A stretch of 64,000 nt of DNA from Sphagnum compactum (taxonomy: Eukaryota), in NCBI GenBank assembly GCA_965153455.1, contig OZ234493.1:14622213-14686212 (forward strand), in the 5' to 3' direction. The notes below the pieces were generated by a model, which was not told the DNA's origin, did no database searches, and worked only from the letters and a program-made list of their open reading frames with translations. Within the stretch, counting starts at the first letter, position 1. Each line of letters starts with the position of its first letter. Position numbers and translations under genes: made by a program. Below are positions 52,650-64,000 of this stretch, piece by piece.

Positions 52650-54200
52650 TCTTTCACCATTTCAACCATTTTGCCCCTTGTTGCCCTTGTGTTGGAACAA
52701 TTTTTTTTTTTTCTTGTATATGTATTTGAAAAGTTCATAAAAATGAGCTTTGTCACCCTGTGGGATGAAGAGAAGTTGGATGGTTTTTATATTGATGAAA
52801 ACCTAATGAAAAAGGAGAGGAGGAGCGCGGAAATGCAAGAGGGACAAAAGAAGAGACAATTGATGTTGATCTTCTTCTTAATGGTTGTGAGTTAGGTTGT
52901 TTGTCTATTGCAAGGTTGTGTGTATCTAAAATTGGTGATGTTGCTTGGTGTGAATTATTTCATGGTGGCTGCAAAAATAGTGGTTTGTTTGGTTTCTCTT
53001 GATGGAATTTGGCAATGGTTTAGCTTAGCATGGGAGGTTGTTGGTGGAATTTATGAATGGGAATGCATAAGAACCTATTTAACAAGTTCCATTTGTTAAG
53101 CTAAGTATCGAAGTCGTTTGTTGTAGAAGTTGGTGTTGTGATAGAAATGCCATATGTGATAAATAGTTGTGTGTGTTCAAGTACTTATGTTGTACTCTCC
53201 AGAGCTTTTCGGTTGTGCACTAGAATGTTAAGACGACAAATGTAAGAACTACAACATGATAAAAGAAATATGTCTGGTGAAGATAATGAAAGATAATATG
53301 GACAAAAAAATTGTTGGTTTGTGAGTGGCATCCAAGAAAGAAAGGAAGAATTACAATTATATAAGTCATCTGAATTTTGAGAATCCATGGGCAGTTAGAG
53401 ATGTAGTTGAGTGGGAATTTCGGGGATACGGGATTTCGCATTGAGTGAAAATTCTAAGGGATGTGGGGTTGTTGATTTGTGTCAATGTTCAAGAGAGTGC
53501 CTTACCAAGATCTACTTGAGCTTAAGAGTGGGGAGTGATCAATTTTCTCAGTTATATCAATCACTGGATGCCTAATAGAAGACCATGATAGCAATTGAGA
53601 GGAATCCGAAAAGATCTAATTCACTAGAATACTTCATTTCAAGGTTGTTGTAGCTACTTTGTTAGCTTGGTGTTGTAGATGTTTTTATTTGGTAATAAAT
53701 ACTTGGACATGCTTTAAATGATGACAGAGGTATCCTATTTGTGATGATTTGATGTTTGTTGAGTACTTGCTACATTTAGTGAAGATTGAGCCATGTTGAT
53801 CAACCTAATTCAGTAGGATTTGTGGGATTAACCGGTCTTTTTTTTTTGCTACAACCCCATTTACATTGCCACAAAAGCCTTTTATGTTTTCTTCGATAGG
53901 TCTATAATTGTGGGTTTAGTTATAAGGAACTTTGTAAAGAACTTTCAAAGAACACATGTTCCCACAAAAAAATGACAAGCATTAGCTTCAAACGATTCAC
54001 AAGTTGATTTATAACTTCACATTTTGATTAATGCTTAACTTATAGAGTTGTGAGGTGACTATGAATACAAGTGGAGAGAAAGATGTAATGGAAAGTTGTT
54101 GAATTAGGATTTGTGATCGGAACAACCTAATGGAAAAAGACTCTTAGTGGGCTTGACAATGTCCAAGTATTGTTTCATACCCATAAAAAAATGTTATTTT
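52650..54200 (-). mobile_element. Possible decayed LINE-like retroelement fragment
   Basis: A/C-rich minus strand with stop-interrupted, protein-like frames. No intact RT motif was found, so the assignment is tentative. Confidence 0.25.
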
Positions 54201-54469
54201 TTCCTAGTTATTTGATCCAAAATCAAAAATTCATTTTATGTCCCAAAGTTATTTAAAAATTTGTTGCATTCATCAACCAGCCATTTGTTGGTTATGACCA
54301 TAAGAAAGCTTAATTACACATTGGTGTAAAATTTGGGAATAAAAATTTGGCTTGAACTTGACCCAATGTGTGAATGACGTTTGAAGGACCATTTGAAAGA
54401 CTATGGACTTAGTAACTAGTGAGAGTGCATTGGTTACTCAATATAATTCCAATGACGAGTAATTGGAAT

Positions 54470-54810
54470 TATCGTCCATGGACCATTCCAAAGACAATTT
54501 CAAAAATAACTACCTCATTTTCAAGCCTAACTACATTTTTTATTAATATCTACTTCCTTTTCCTATGAATTTGCTTAATAACTATCTCCCACCTTTTCTA
54601 ATAAATACCTCCATCTTATAACTATCCACCAACATGATGGATATGAAAAAACAAATTAACATGTGTCTTTTCATGTCCATGAAATGTATATAATTTAAAT
54701 TCAAATTCAAATTGACATGAATTAATGATGAATTATTGAAAACCATATGAAAACATAAGAAAAAATAAAATAGTTGATCATCACTGGTAGTGCGCAGCAT
54801 TGCGGAGCTC
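54470..54810 (-). repeat. Inverted copy of the repeat family at 12010-13040
   Basis: The reverse complement reads GAGCTCCGCAATGCTGCGCACTACCAGTGATGATCAACT..TTATGTTTTCATATGG..GGACATGAAAAGACACATG..GAATGGTCCATGGA, matching 12010-12990. Confidence 0.85.
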
Positions 54811-55980
54811 TAATTGATTGTACAAGAGCAGTAAGGTTACCAGTTATGGGACATAGAAGAAGGTGAGTTGTGAGGTTTAGTCAACCAACAACTAGGAAAG
54901 TGCAAAAAGGTATTAGGGAGGTTAGAAAACATCAAAAGGTATATGTAATATAACTGAGGAGCTCTTGTGGCATGCTCCCACATTAGTGAAATGCTCCCAA
55001 TAATCAACTATGTGCTCATGTGTGAAGATGGGCATCTTCCATAGAAGGGCATGCATCTAAATGAGAAATTTTATTTCCAATAAGGGAAGCTTTAGATCCA
55101 ATAAGGGAAGTTTTCAGTTTGAACTTACCATAAAGGGCTGCACCATCACAGAATGAACTGCCTTGTTTTGTCAAATTTTGAATGAGGATGCCCTTTCTTT
55201 GGAAAGTTAAGGCCCATTAACACGAGACTGCGAGCCCTTGACGATTAAAATATAAGATGCCTAATTGGAGGAAAAGGCCTCTGTGGTACCAGTTTACACA
55301 ATGGGCTGCAGGCCTAATACACCAGAGACAAACAAATGGATGAAAAGCCAATACAGATTCTACATGGCTGGGAATGGATAATGGTGCGTGGCATGATTGG
55401 TAATCAAAAAGGATGAAAAGGGGCCAAGGGAATGATGACTTCCCTCCAGATTGTGTTCCCCAAGTTCATACCTGAAACCATGGAAGACTGGCTAAATCCT
55501 TGGCTTCGGTTCTCTGAGTAACAAAGCTGCTAATTGCGTGTCCCAAGCTGCTCAACTTCCTGCACAGCAGCCTCAACTTCACACAAAAATGGAAGAATCC
55601 AGCTCTTTCGATGATGAAACATCTAAATCCAGCTCTTGCTTGCTTGAGATATTGCTGATTTATTAATCTTTCCAATCTGGAGACCAACAACACAGATCTC
55701 TGTATAAGCCAGAACTGCAAGGCTATGGCAAGGACTTTGGTCCCTCGCCAGTCACTCCTCTAATAACAGAGTCCCAATGACATGTTGGGAGCTAGAACAG
55801 GTGTAAGAATGAAATAAACAATCTGGGTTACAAAAAAAGAGCTTTACACCAGAATCATGGTTGTGGACACCCAGTCCAAAACAGAAGATGAAGGATGGCC
55901 AACTCCTGTTTGCTACTTTTGTTTTGTTGAGCTATTTGATAGTGACCTACTATTCAAAAAGGTATTCACTCAGCTCTCCT

Positions 55981-58900
55981 TCATGGGCGCCTGAAGTTCT
56001 TTAAAAAAGCCATCAAACCAACAGCAGCCAATGCACCTGAGGCTGTAGCCGCAGGAAAACCATAATTTGCGATCTTACTCCTCTGTTCCAGTGAGACTTT
56101 CAGGGAACTCAACTCTGAAGCAAGCTCCCGGGCCTTCTCCTCACTTGTGTCCTTGTCAGAATTGGCCTTTTCTAGAGAAGCCTCGAGGACCTTGACCTGA
56201 GCTTGCCAAGTTGAAAGCTCTGATTGTGTTCTTGCTGACGAATCAGTCAATTCAGAGTTCGCCTTCAACAGCTCAGCTTCCAGCCCCTTGCAAACCTCAT
56301 CGGACATCCCTCTGTCCTTCCGCAGATTGGCAATTTGAATCTGAAGTTCCTCAGTGCTTATCTGAGCATCAGACATGGTGGCTTGAAGCTTCTGAACCAT
56401 TGACCTTGCTGTACTCAGCTCCTCTTCAAGAGACTCTTTCGAGTTACTTGACAACAAGATTCCAGTATGCAGTGCTGCAGGAAATAGGGCATTCCTTAGG
56501 AACAATAAAATTGGACTACTGCTCAAATTTCTTCACCCACATTATTTCTTTCCCTCATATCTGAAATTGCAGAGGAAACTCCACAAAACACATGGTGAAG
56601 GTAAACTGTTGTCTCATTCCAGCAAAACCAAAATTAACAGAACAATGAGTGTAGCCATAACTCATAACTTGTGCATGTCACCAACAAGTATCAGACCATC
56701 TCCTTCACAATCAATAGCAATAACTAGCTGCCATGACTGCCACCAATGACTTCATATGCATCTAACAGATCTTTCCAACAGTATAAACATCAACTCATGT
56801 TCATCTATGTTCATTCAACTGATACAACTAAAAAGCCTTTCACCTGGGTCAGATCATGGCAATCCATACCTTCCTTTTCCTCTTCAAAAATCTGAGCGGC
56901 CTCAGCTGCTTTGCTCTTTGCAATTTGCAGCTCATCTTGTAAACCAGAGACTGTAACCTCCAGGCTCTTCACCTTTGCAGCAAACTCCTCTCTCTGAGTA
57001 TCCTGCAGCTCCTGGGCTAGGGACCTGGCAGCCTTCAATTCATCTTCAAGAGATTCTAGCTTGCTATTTGAGACCTTCAATTCGACATAAAGTGCTGCAA
57101 AACCATTGGCTCAAATTCAGAGAGGCTCCTGGAACATCACCACACCAGTTCCAGTCTGCTTTGAACATGCAAGGCAGTTTCTTCATCCCAAGTAGATTTC
57201 ATATAATCTGCTGAAATGATGAAAAATAGATATCCGTACCTTCCTTATCCTTCTCACAGATCTGAAGGGCTTGAGCTCCTTCACTCTTTGCAACCTGTAG
57301 CTCATCCTTCAAACTCAACACACTGGCCTCCAAGCCCTCCACCTTCGTACTGAATTCTCTTGTATGAGAATCCATCTCTGCTCCATGGTGAGCCAGCTGA
57401 TCTGCCAATTCAGCTGCCAGCTTCCCATTTTCTTGCTTCAACCTTTCTTGCTCCAAACGAAGCCCCTCAGCCACCTATACAAAAAGAATTGATCCAAACA
57501 TCCCAAAGCTGTGATGGCCTGGAAAGAAGGGCACATGATCAAATTGACCTAAATGCACTGCAACCAATTTTAATGCCAAAGCTTGGAGAAACATGAGCCC
57601 AACACCCGAGTGGGATTACCCCAGAAATTATACAGAGGAAATATCAGAAAAGTAACATGTCCTATCATCTTCACCATTGGTCAAACCCTGAGCACTGCCT
57701 CTGACTAATGGATAGTCCTATGAGCTGCTCACCAATGTTGTGCTAGTAACCTCATCCTCAGCTTTCAAAAGGGCACTTGATAGTTGCTCCACCTCCTTCC
57801 GGAGCAACTCCTGCTCCCTATAAAATTTCTCAACCTCTGCAGCTCTATCTCCTGCCAGTGCCTGCAGAGAAGATCTTTCTTTCTCCAATGTTTCATGTTC
57901 AGTAGATAAAATTCCAATCTCTTTCTCCAGGACTTCCACCCTTGATTTAGCAGCTAAGGTGTTGCTATCTGATTCCTCAATTTGGATGTTTAAGGCAGTA
58001 AGTTCTGCACTCAACTCAGAAACAGAAATTCTCAAGTCTCTTATTTGAAGAGACAAAGAGTCTTTCTCCTCCAGTAATGAGGCCTTCTCCTGGTTAAGCT
58101 TTGAAACCTCTTCCTTTAATCCATTAATTGCCTCCTCTGCTGCATGTCCTGCATTTGCAAGTTCTTGCACCTGGTTGGCATGCTCCAATTTGAGAGTGTT
58201 GATTTCTTTCCATGCTTCTTCCACCTGTGGAAAATCATCCAAAAATTAACATTCATTGACCCTCAAGCCTCCTCACACATTACTGAAGCAAGTCCTGCTC
58301 AACACTGACAGCAAACCCTTGCACGAGACAGGTTCCCCAGGAGAAACTGTGATGAAGTCAAAATCCTCAAATAGCAGTTGCAGCACAGGAACTGATGTTC
58401 TCATTTCTCACCTTTGAATTGGCAGCTGTTGCCATTCTGTCTGCTTCCTTAACATGGGCAGATGAATCATCAAGCTCCACACTCAACCTTGACACAGCAG
58501 CTTCCAAGTCTCTATTTTTGTGAGACAAGAACTCTTTCTCCTCAGTCAATGCAGCCAACTGCTCATTCAGCCTTGAAGCATCCTCCCTCAGCCGAGAAAT
58601 CTCTTCCTCTGCTCCCTGTTGCTTAGTTGCTAGTTCTTGTACCTCATTTGCATGCTTTATTTTAAGACCAGCAATCGCTTCCTGAGTTTCTGCTGCCTGT
58701 GGGTGGTTATCCAAGTGTCAGTTCCCAGGATTCCTAGTGCAAACCATGGTACAGAAGACCAATCATGAAGTTAGCATGATGCAAATACCAGTTACATATC
58801 AGTTGCACGGAAAACTATATTACATCTCCATAAGTATTGAGAATTTCTCCATACTTACAATCTTTTCTACCTGGATGGAATTGAGAGATGACCCAGTAAT

Positions 58901-61900
58901 TGGGTTCTAGAGATTTCAAATCCGATAGCATATCAGTACACAGGAAAAGAGAAAAAAAACAGGGGAGTGTTTGAACAATAGGGACAGTGTCACACATATA
59001 TGGTAATGACCAGCTACCATAACAGCCCCACTGACTTCATCAGCTGCCAACATGGGTACAGGTCAATGTCATACATCAAACATATCTATAAGATTGCAAA
59101 GAAAACTCCAGGATAATTAAGGTAACTGCTATGTCAATTGGCCAAACCAAAATAAACACAACAAGATTCAGAGCAGTCATAACCTTCAGAGTATCACTCA
59201 TCAAGTATTGGACCATCACCTTCATCCACAAATGGCAGCGACTAGCTACCATTACCCTCACTGCTTCATCCTCTCCTGGCAGTAAGTTTGTAACTGCACA
59301 ATAATCTGCTGTGGGAAAACAATCATACCAGAACTTGCATCCTGAGTTTGTCACATTTCCAGAAGAAACAAGCCTCAGTCATGATTTTGGCTAGCTCACT
59401 CAAGAGGTGGCTAATCAAAATCAAACTGTATCCTTGTTCAATCTTTTGAGGGTAGGCTTCATTTCATATTAGGTTTGACCCTGTACAAGCAAGCATCTAG
59501 CTAAGTCTGAGGCATAGAGAGGCCTTCATAGCAGGTAATGGGCAGCCCTGAGTGAGCACCCTGAACATATCCTTTAACCAACATTGCTGGGTTTCCATCA
59601 CATTAAACAACATACTGAGTTTCTGTCAAAAGACCAGCGGTAATATGGGGACTCAGCCATGATACTGCATAGCCTCAAACATTTTCAAGAGCTATTTTGA
59701 GACGTGACAGTCATGACCAGAATTGTCTGGTTCAAGATTTCAAAAGGAACCTTTGGTCCCAGTTCTAACAACCAATCAAATGCAATAACTGCCTAAAATG
59801 TAAGGGCAAGTTTATACTTTTTTTATGAAGTTATATTTTTATCTACCTAGAGAAGCTGAGAACCTGAACCTGTTCAAAACAAGGCAGCACCCCCAGTTCA
59901 GGTTCTCATTCAATTTTGAAAAGAGGCCCATTGCCTGGTTAAGTTTCAATGGCAGTTCCATCAAAACTTGGAACCTATGGTCCAGAGACCCTAGAACCTG
60001 ACCTATAACCTGGACCTCAACCTACCTAAATCCCACACCCTGCCAACACTCGTCATGACTTTCAAAATTTCTAAAGTTCTCACAAAATGCTAAGACAACC
60101 TGGTTTGCAGACAAGCTCACCTCTGATTTGGCAGCCAAGGCCAATCTGTTGACATCCTCAACCTGAACTGATGATGCAGCAAGCTCTGCTGTCAACTTTG
60201 AGGCAGCAGCTTCCAAGTCTTGTTTCTCAAGATCAAGGGAGTTCTTTGTTTGAATCAGTGCAGCAATATCATTGCTCAGCCTTTTAGCCTCCTCCTCCAG
60301 TCTAGAGTTTGCTTCCTCTGCCACATGTATTTTATTGGAAAGTTCTTGCACATTATTGGCGTGATCTGTCTTCAGAGAAGAAAGCTCATCTTGTAGTTCT
60401 TCAGCCTGTAGATGATCACAAGAAAACATAATTCACTTTACAATAACGGTTACAACATCATGCTATGGTTGCAGTCAAGGCATTTTCAATAAGGAGAAGC
60501 CTCTGTCCACACAGGAGTGATTAATAAGAAACAAGACATCTTATAAAAATCGTGGTCATTCAAGCAGAATAACATGAAAATTTCAGACAAGTGAAACATT
60601 TTCACCTTTGATTTGGCAGCCAAAGCTACTTTCTGTGCATCCTCAATTTGAGATTCTAAATCCTTCTTCTCAAGAGCAAGGGAGTTCCTCTCCTTAACTA
60701 ATGCAGCTATTTCTTGGCTCAGGCCTGATGCTTCCTCCTTCACCAAGAAGTTCTCTTCCTCTAATTGATTTGTTCTGTTGGTGAGTTCTGTCAGCTTGCT
60801 AGCATGCTCCCTCTTTAGAGTTGCATTAAGTTCCTGTGCTTCATTTGCCTGCAAGTCAGCACTCTTGAGTTATGATGCTATATTTGACCACATAGACCCC
60901 ACAAAGCCTACAGAACTACCTCCAGATCCCCATATAAAAATAGCTGCATTTTGGGTGCCTCACCCTTGACTCAGCATCTGAGGCTATTTTCTCTGCTTCT
61001 GAAATGGAGTGCGATATTGCAGAAAACTCTGAAACCATTTTGGACATAGAAGCTTCCAGTTCATCCTTCTCCTCAATCAGTGCAGCCCTCTCTTGGTTCA
61101 TTGTTGAAGCTGCTTCCCTCAATAAGGAGATCTCTTGCTGTGACTCATGTATTATCACAGCTTGCTCTGATATCTTGTCGGCATGCTCCTTCTGGAGAAT
61201 AATGATTTGTTCCTGTGCTTCTTTTGTCTGCAGATCAAAGTGCTCAAATCATTATCTTCATCACAAGTGAAACACTGAGGAAATGCAGCAATCCAAATGG
61301 TTGTGGTGTCAATCAGAGACACCTGCATGGAAAGCTGTAACAACACCAAAAGTTATAAATTGCCAGAAGGAAAAACACAACAGAAATCAGTCATCCTCAC
61401 TTTTGACTTTTCAGATAATGCCAGTTTTTCTGCTTCGTCGATACGGGCTGATATCTCTGACAGGTTTGAATTTGACTTGGAGAGAGCAATGTCCAGGTCT
61501 CTCTTTTCAAGAGAACGGGAATCCTTCTCTTCTATCAGTGTGGCCCTCTCTTGGTTCAACTTCAAGGCTTCCTCTTTCAGTGAATTGTTCTCTTCCTCTA
61601 TTACACATGTTTTGTCAAACAATTCTTTCATTTGGATATTGTGCCCAGTCTTGAGAGCAGAAACTTCCTCCTGTGCTTCTTTAGCCTGCAGATAACCACC
61701 AGAACTTTGTATCACTTAAATGAGTTGTTGAGAAAACTCCACAACTACTTTGTGAGAGACACTTCAAAGGTAACCATTATGTCAGTTCCAACCTGACCAG
61801 AAAAAACATGACAGAATGTGTGTTGTCATAATGTTGTCAGTATCACAAACTATAACCTTGATCAATGGCAGTGACTACCAGCCAACAGAAATCATATTAC

Positions 61901-62628
61901 TTAAGCTTCCTCAAATTGTTTTGTCACCGTGATGTCATGGAGACAAGCCTATATCAATAGACCATGGTCACAACAATTCAATAAAATAATAGAAAAGCTC
62001 TCACAAAAATACCATCATGCCACTTACCACAGTTAGCTCTTCCTCTAGCTCCAACACCTTCTTAGTGAGAGAGTCTCTGTCAGTTCGTAGACTCGCCACT
62101 TGCCTCACCAATTTGTCATTCAAGTCATGTAGTGCTGCCACCTTCTGATCTTCTGTGAGTGGGCTCCGAGGAGTTCTGGGGCTCCTAGGAGTTCTAGGGG
62201 AGCCCAGAGCCTCTTTACTGTCACCATTGATGGGCCTTGAATCCTGATGTGAAGGAGATACTGGTGGTTTCTCTGCTCCAGAACCAACAAAAAAACAACT
62301 TCTTGGGTCCAAGTCTTGGAATAATGCTGACTAAAGGACACAGTAATGTACATGTACAATTGAACAAAGCAGCTCATCTAAATGGGGAACAAAAACCTGA
62401 TGTTTGTGGTGATGGGGGCTGTTCCCTTAATGCTTCATAAGAGAGTGGGCTTGGGGGCTGAGTATGCTCTCCACCTTCAGATTCCTGGTCTCCAGTCTCA
62501 GACACATGATCCCCATTGTCCGAGCCAATGTCTCCATTACTCATGTGGTCATCACTTTCAATGTTTCCACTTGCTGTGGCCTTTTTCCTACTGGCATGAT
62601 GCTTCTTGTGATGCTGGTGGACAGGCAT
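55981..62628 (-). CDS. Long coiled-coil, C-terminally tail-anchored protein (~1,094 aa); architecture reminiscent of PMD1/PMD2 or golgin-like tethers
   Basis: Predicted exons (minus): 62397-62628, 62028-62272, 61401-61685, 60964-61227, 60606-60848, 60121-60405, 58412-58696, 57733-58224, 57240-57474, 56870-57094, 55981-56474; all GT-AG and phase-consistent. E/K/L/A-rich heptads. Ends in hydrophobic YGFPAATASGALAAVGLMAFL plus basic KNFRRP. 5'UTR exons probably extend to ~63960. Confidence 0.85.
59718..60051. mobile_element. Intronic non-autonomous hAT-type MITE, 334 bp
   Basis: Perfect 8-bp TSD GTCATGAC (59710-59717 and 60052-60059). Degenerate TIRs CAGAATTG / CAACACTC. Internal GAACC/GGTTC motifs as in the 40102 element. 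Confidence 0.7.
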
Positions 62629-63969
62629 GATGTCTGCAAAGAACATCATTGCAAGGTTATAACCACACCACAATTCACATGACAACACATCAAACATAGT
62701 CCATCCAAACAGAGTTGAAAAGCACAAACAGAAGAAGAGATTCTGAAGACATGACTTGGATCATCAAGCTGCAACAATTCTTTCTGCTGTCTCTGCTCTG
62801 GTTCCTTGATTCCTTCAGAAAACAACAACGCTTCCCATTTAGACAAAGGCTTGCATTTATGCACTCTGAATCCCAAAGTGAGATGTGATTGGCACATCTT
62901 GATATTACTGCTGCTCAGAAAAGAAAGGAGCCACTATTGGAAAAGAAAAATTCCATGCACTGAAGGCAAATCTCCAGTGGCTAATGAAAAGTGGAGGAAG
63001 CCCTAAACTTCCTCCAGCTCATATCTAAAATGCTCCCAGAACCAAATTCTCCGAAAATACCAACCTTGTGTCTCCCTGACTTAGGGATTCTCTAATTTCT
63101 TGGAAAAATGTTGCATCATCTCAAAATTGGTCTAGCACTCTATATGTTTGTCTGCTTTGAAACAAAAAATTGCAGTCTCCTGGATACTAGAGGACAGACA
63201 AGCAGCCTTATTTCAAAATACATTAACTAGCAAACGTCACACATTCTACCACAGGGAAAGACATGCATCGTGGCCTCTTCTGCGCACTTTGATGGGAAAA
63301 TTTGGGTGAGGAGAAAAAATAAGCTGTATTGTTTGACATACAGCACTCTCGTGAGCATTCTATCACAACAGATCGTCTGGCTCAATCCCTGGAAGCCGGG
63401 AATTCGAGTAGACCCGAAGTTTTAGCACATGATCTGGGAAAATAAAGCTCACAACACGGAAACATTAAGAAATCAACGACGTCGATAACGATTACTTTGC
63501 ACAGCTCGAGGGGCGATTAATGCGGCAAGGTCGATAACACATCTCAACGACAAGCTAGAAGGTGAAAGTTCATGATCGTAGTCTCTTTTCATATCATATC
63601 TCTGACAGTGAGTCCACACTGGCAAGTGCCGTTGTCCTCAAGCCTGCTAACAAACAACAGCATTCCCGCTTCCAGAGTCTGGAACCCCGGGTAACTGTAC
63701 AAGCAGGATGGAAACCTAACATAGCGAAGCAAAAAAGAAAGAAAGAAAGAGAAAAAGGAAATGCTGCCGCCCGGCACGCACAGCGCGAAAGATCCAGACA
63801 AGCAATCCAAATCCAAATCCAAATGGAGATAGAATTCATACCGGAATGACGATGCAAAAATCTCCAAGCCGCAAGCTCGCAGATTTAAGCTTCAAAACAG
63901 ATGTAAGCTTCGGGCCTTCATGAGCCTCAAAACATCGCGTTGAGAAGAAAGACGCGACCAGTTCCCGCT

Positions 63970-63994
63970 GCACACACACACACACACACACACA
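63970..63994. repeat. (CA)n microsatellite
   Basis: About 12 CA units near the window end; a shorter CA run occurs at ~21640. Confidence 0.9.
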
Positions 63995-64000
63995 AGAGAA

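Noticed and set aside
55030-55193. Possible small MITE (GGGCATCTTC / GAGGATGCCC)
   Set aside because: The inverted match is only ~9/10 bp with no TSD, which is insufficient support.
59076-59354. Possible extra exon in the large intron of the coiled-coil gene
   Set aside because: It lacks heptad character and the repeat motif. The flanking exons join in phase without it.

Overview
Eukaryotic, plant-type genomic DNA, most consistent with a seedless land plant such as a moss. This is inferred from GT-AG introns, plant-specific gene families, a flagellar-type gene and AT-rich CpG-depleted repeat blocks; the organism cannot be proven from sequence alone. Six spliced protein-coding genes could be modelled by hand with consistent intron phases: a GT-3-like trihelix transcription factor (+), a CCDC63/CCDC114 (outer dynein arm docking complex)-like coiled-coil protein (-), plastid-type GAR synthetase PurD/PUR2 (+), a 103-aa coiled-coil microprotein (-), a DUF569 protein (-), and a ~1,090-aa tail-anchored coiled-coil protein built from duplicated exons (-). 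Intergenic blocks contain a decayed hAT transposon with related MITEs, PIF/Tourist-like MITEs, a Helitron-like element, a PPR pseudogene and several tandem arrays. The most striking object is a 2,644-bp element (27313-29956) with TGTGAG...CTCACA termini and a perfect 5-bp target-site duplication (ATGCT). It is most likely a solo LTR, and it carries an intact, CpG-rich 137-codon orphan ORF and a ~30-bp-periodic CCAAT-box array. No prokaryotic systems (CRISPR etc.), rRNA or tRNA genes were recognised. All exon coordinates are manual predictions without transcript evidence.
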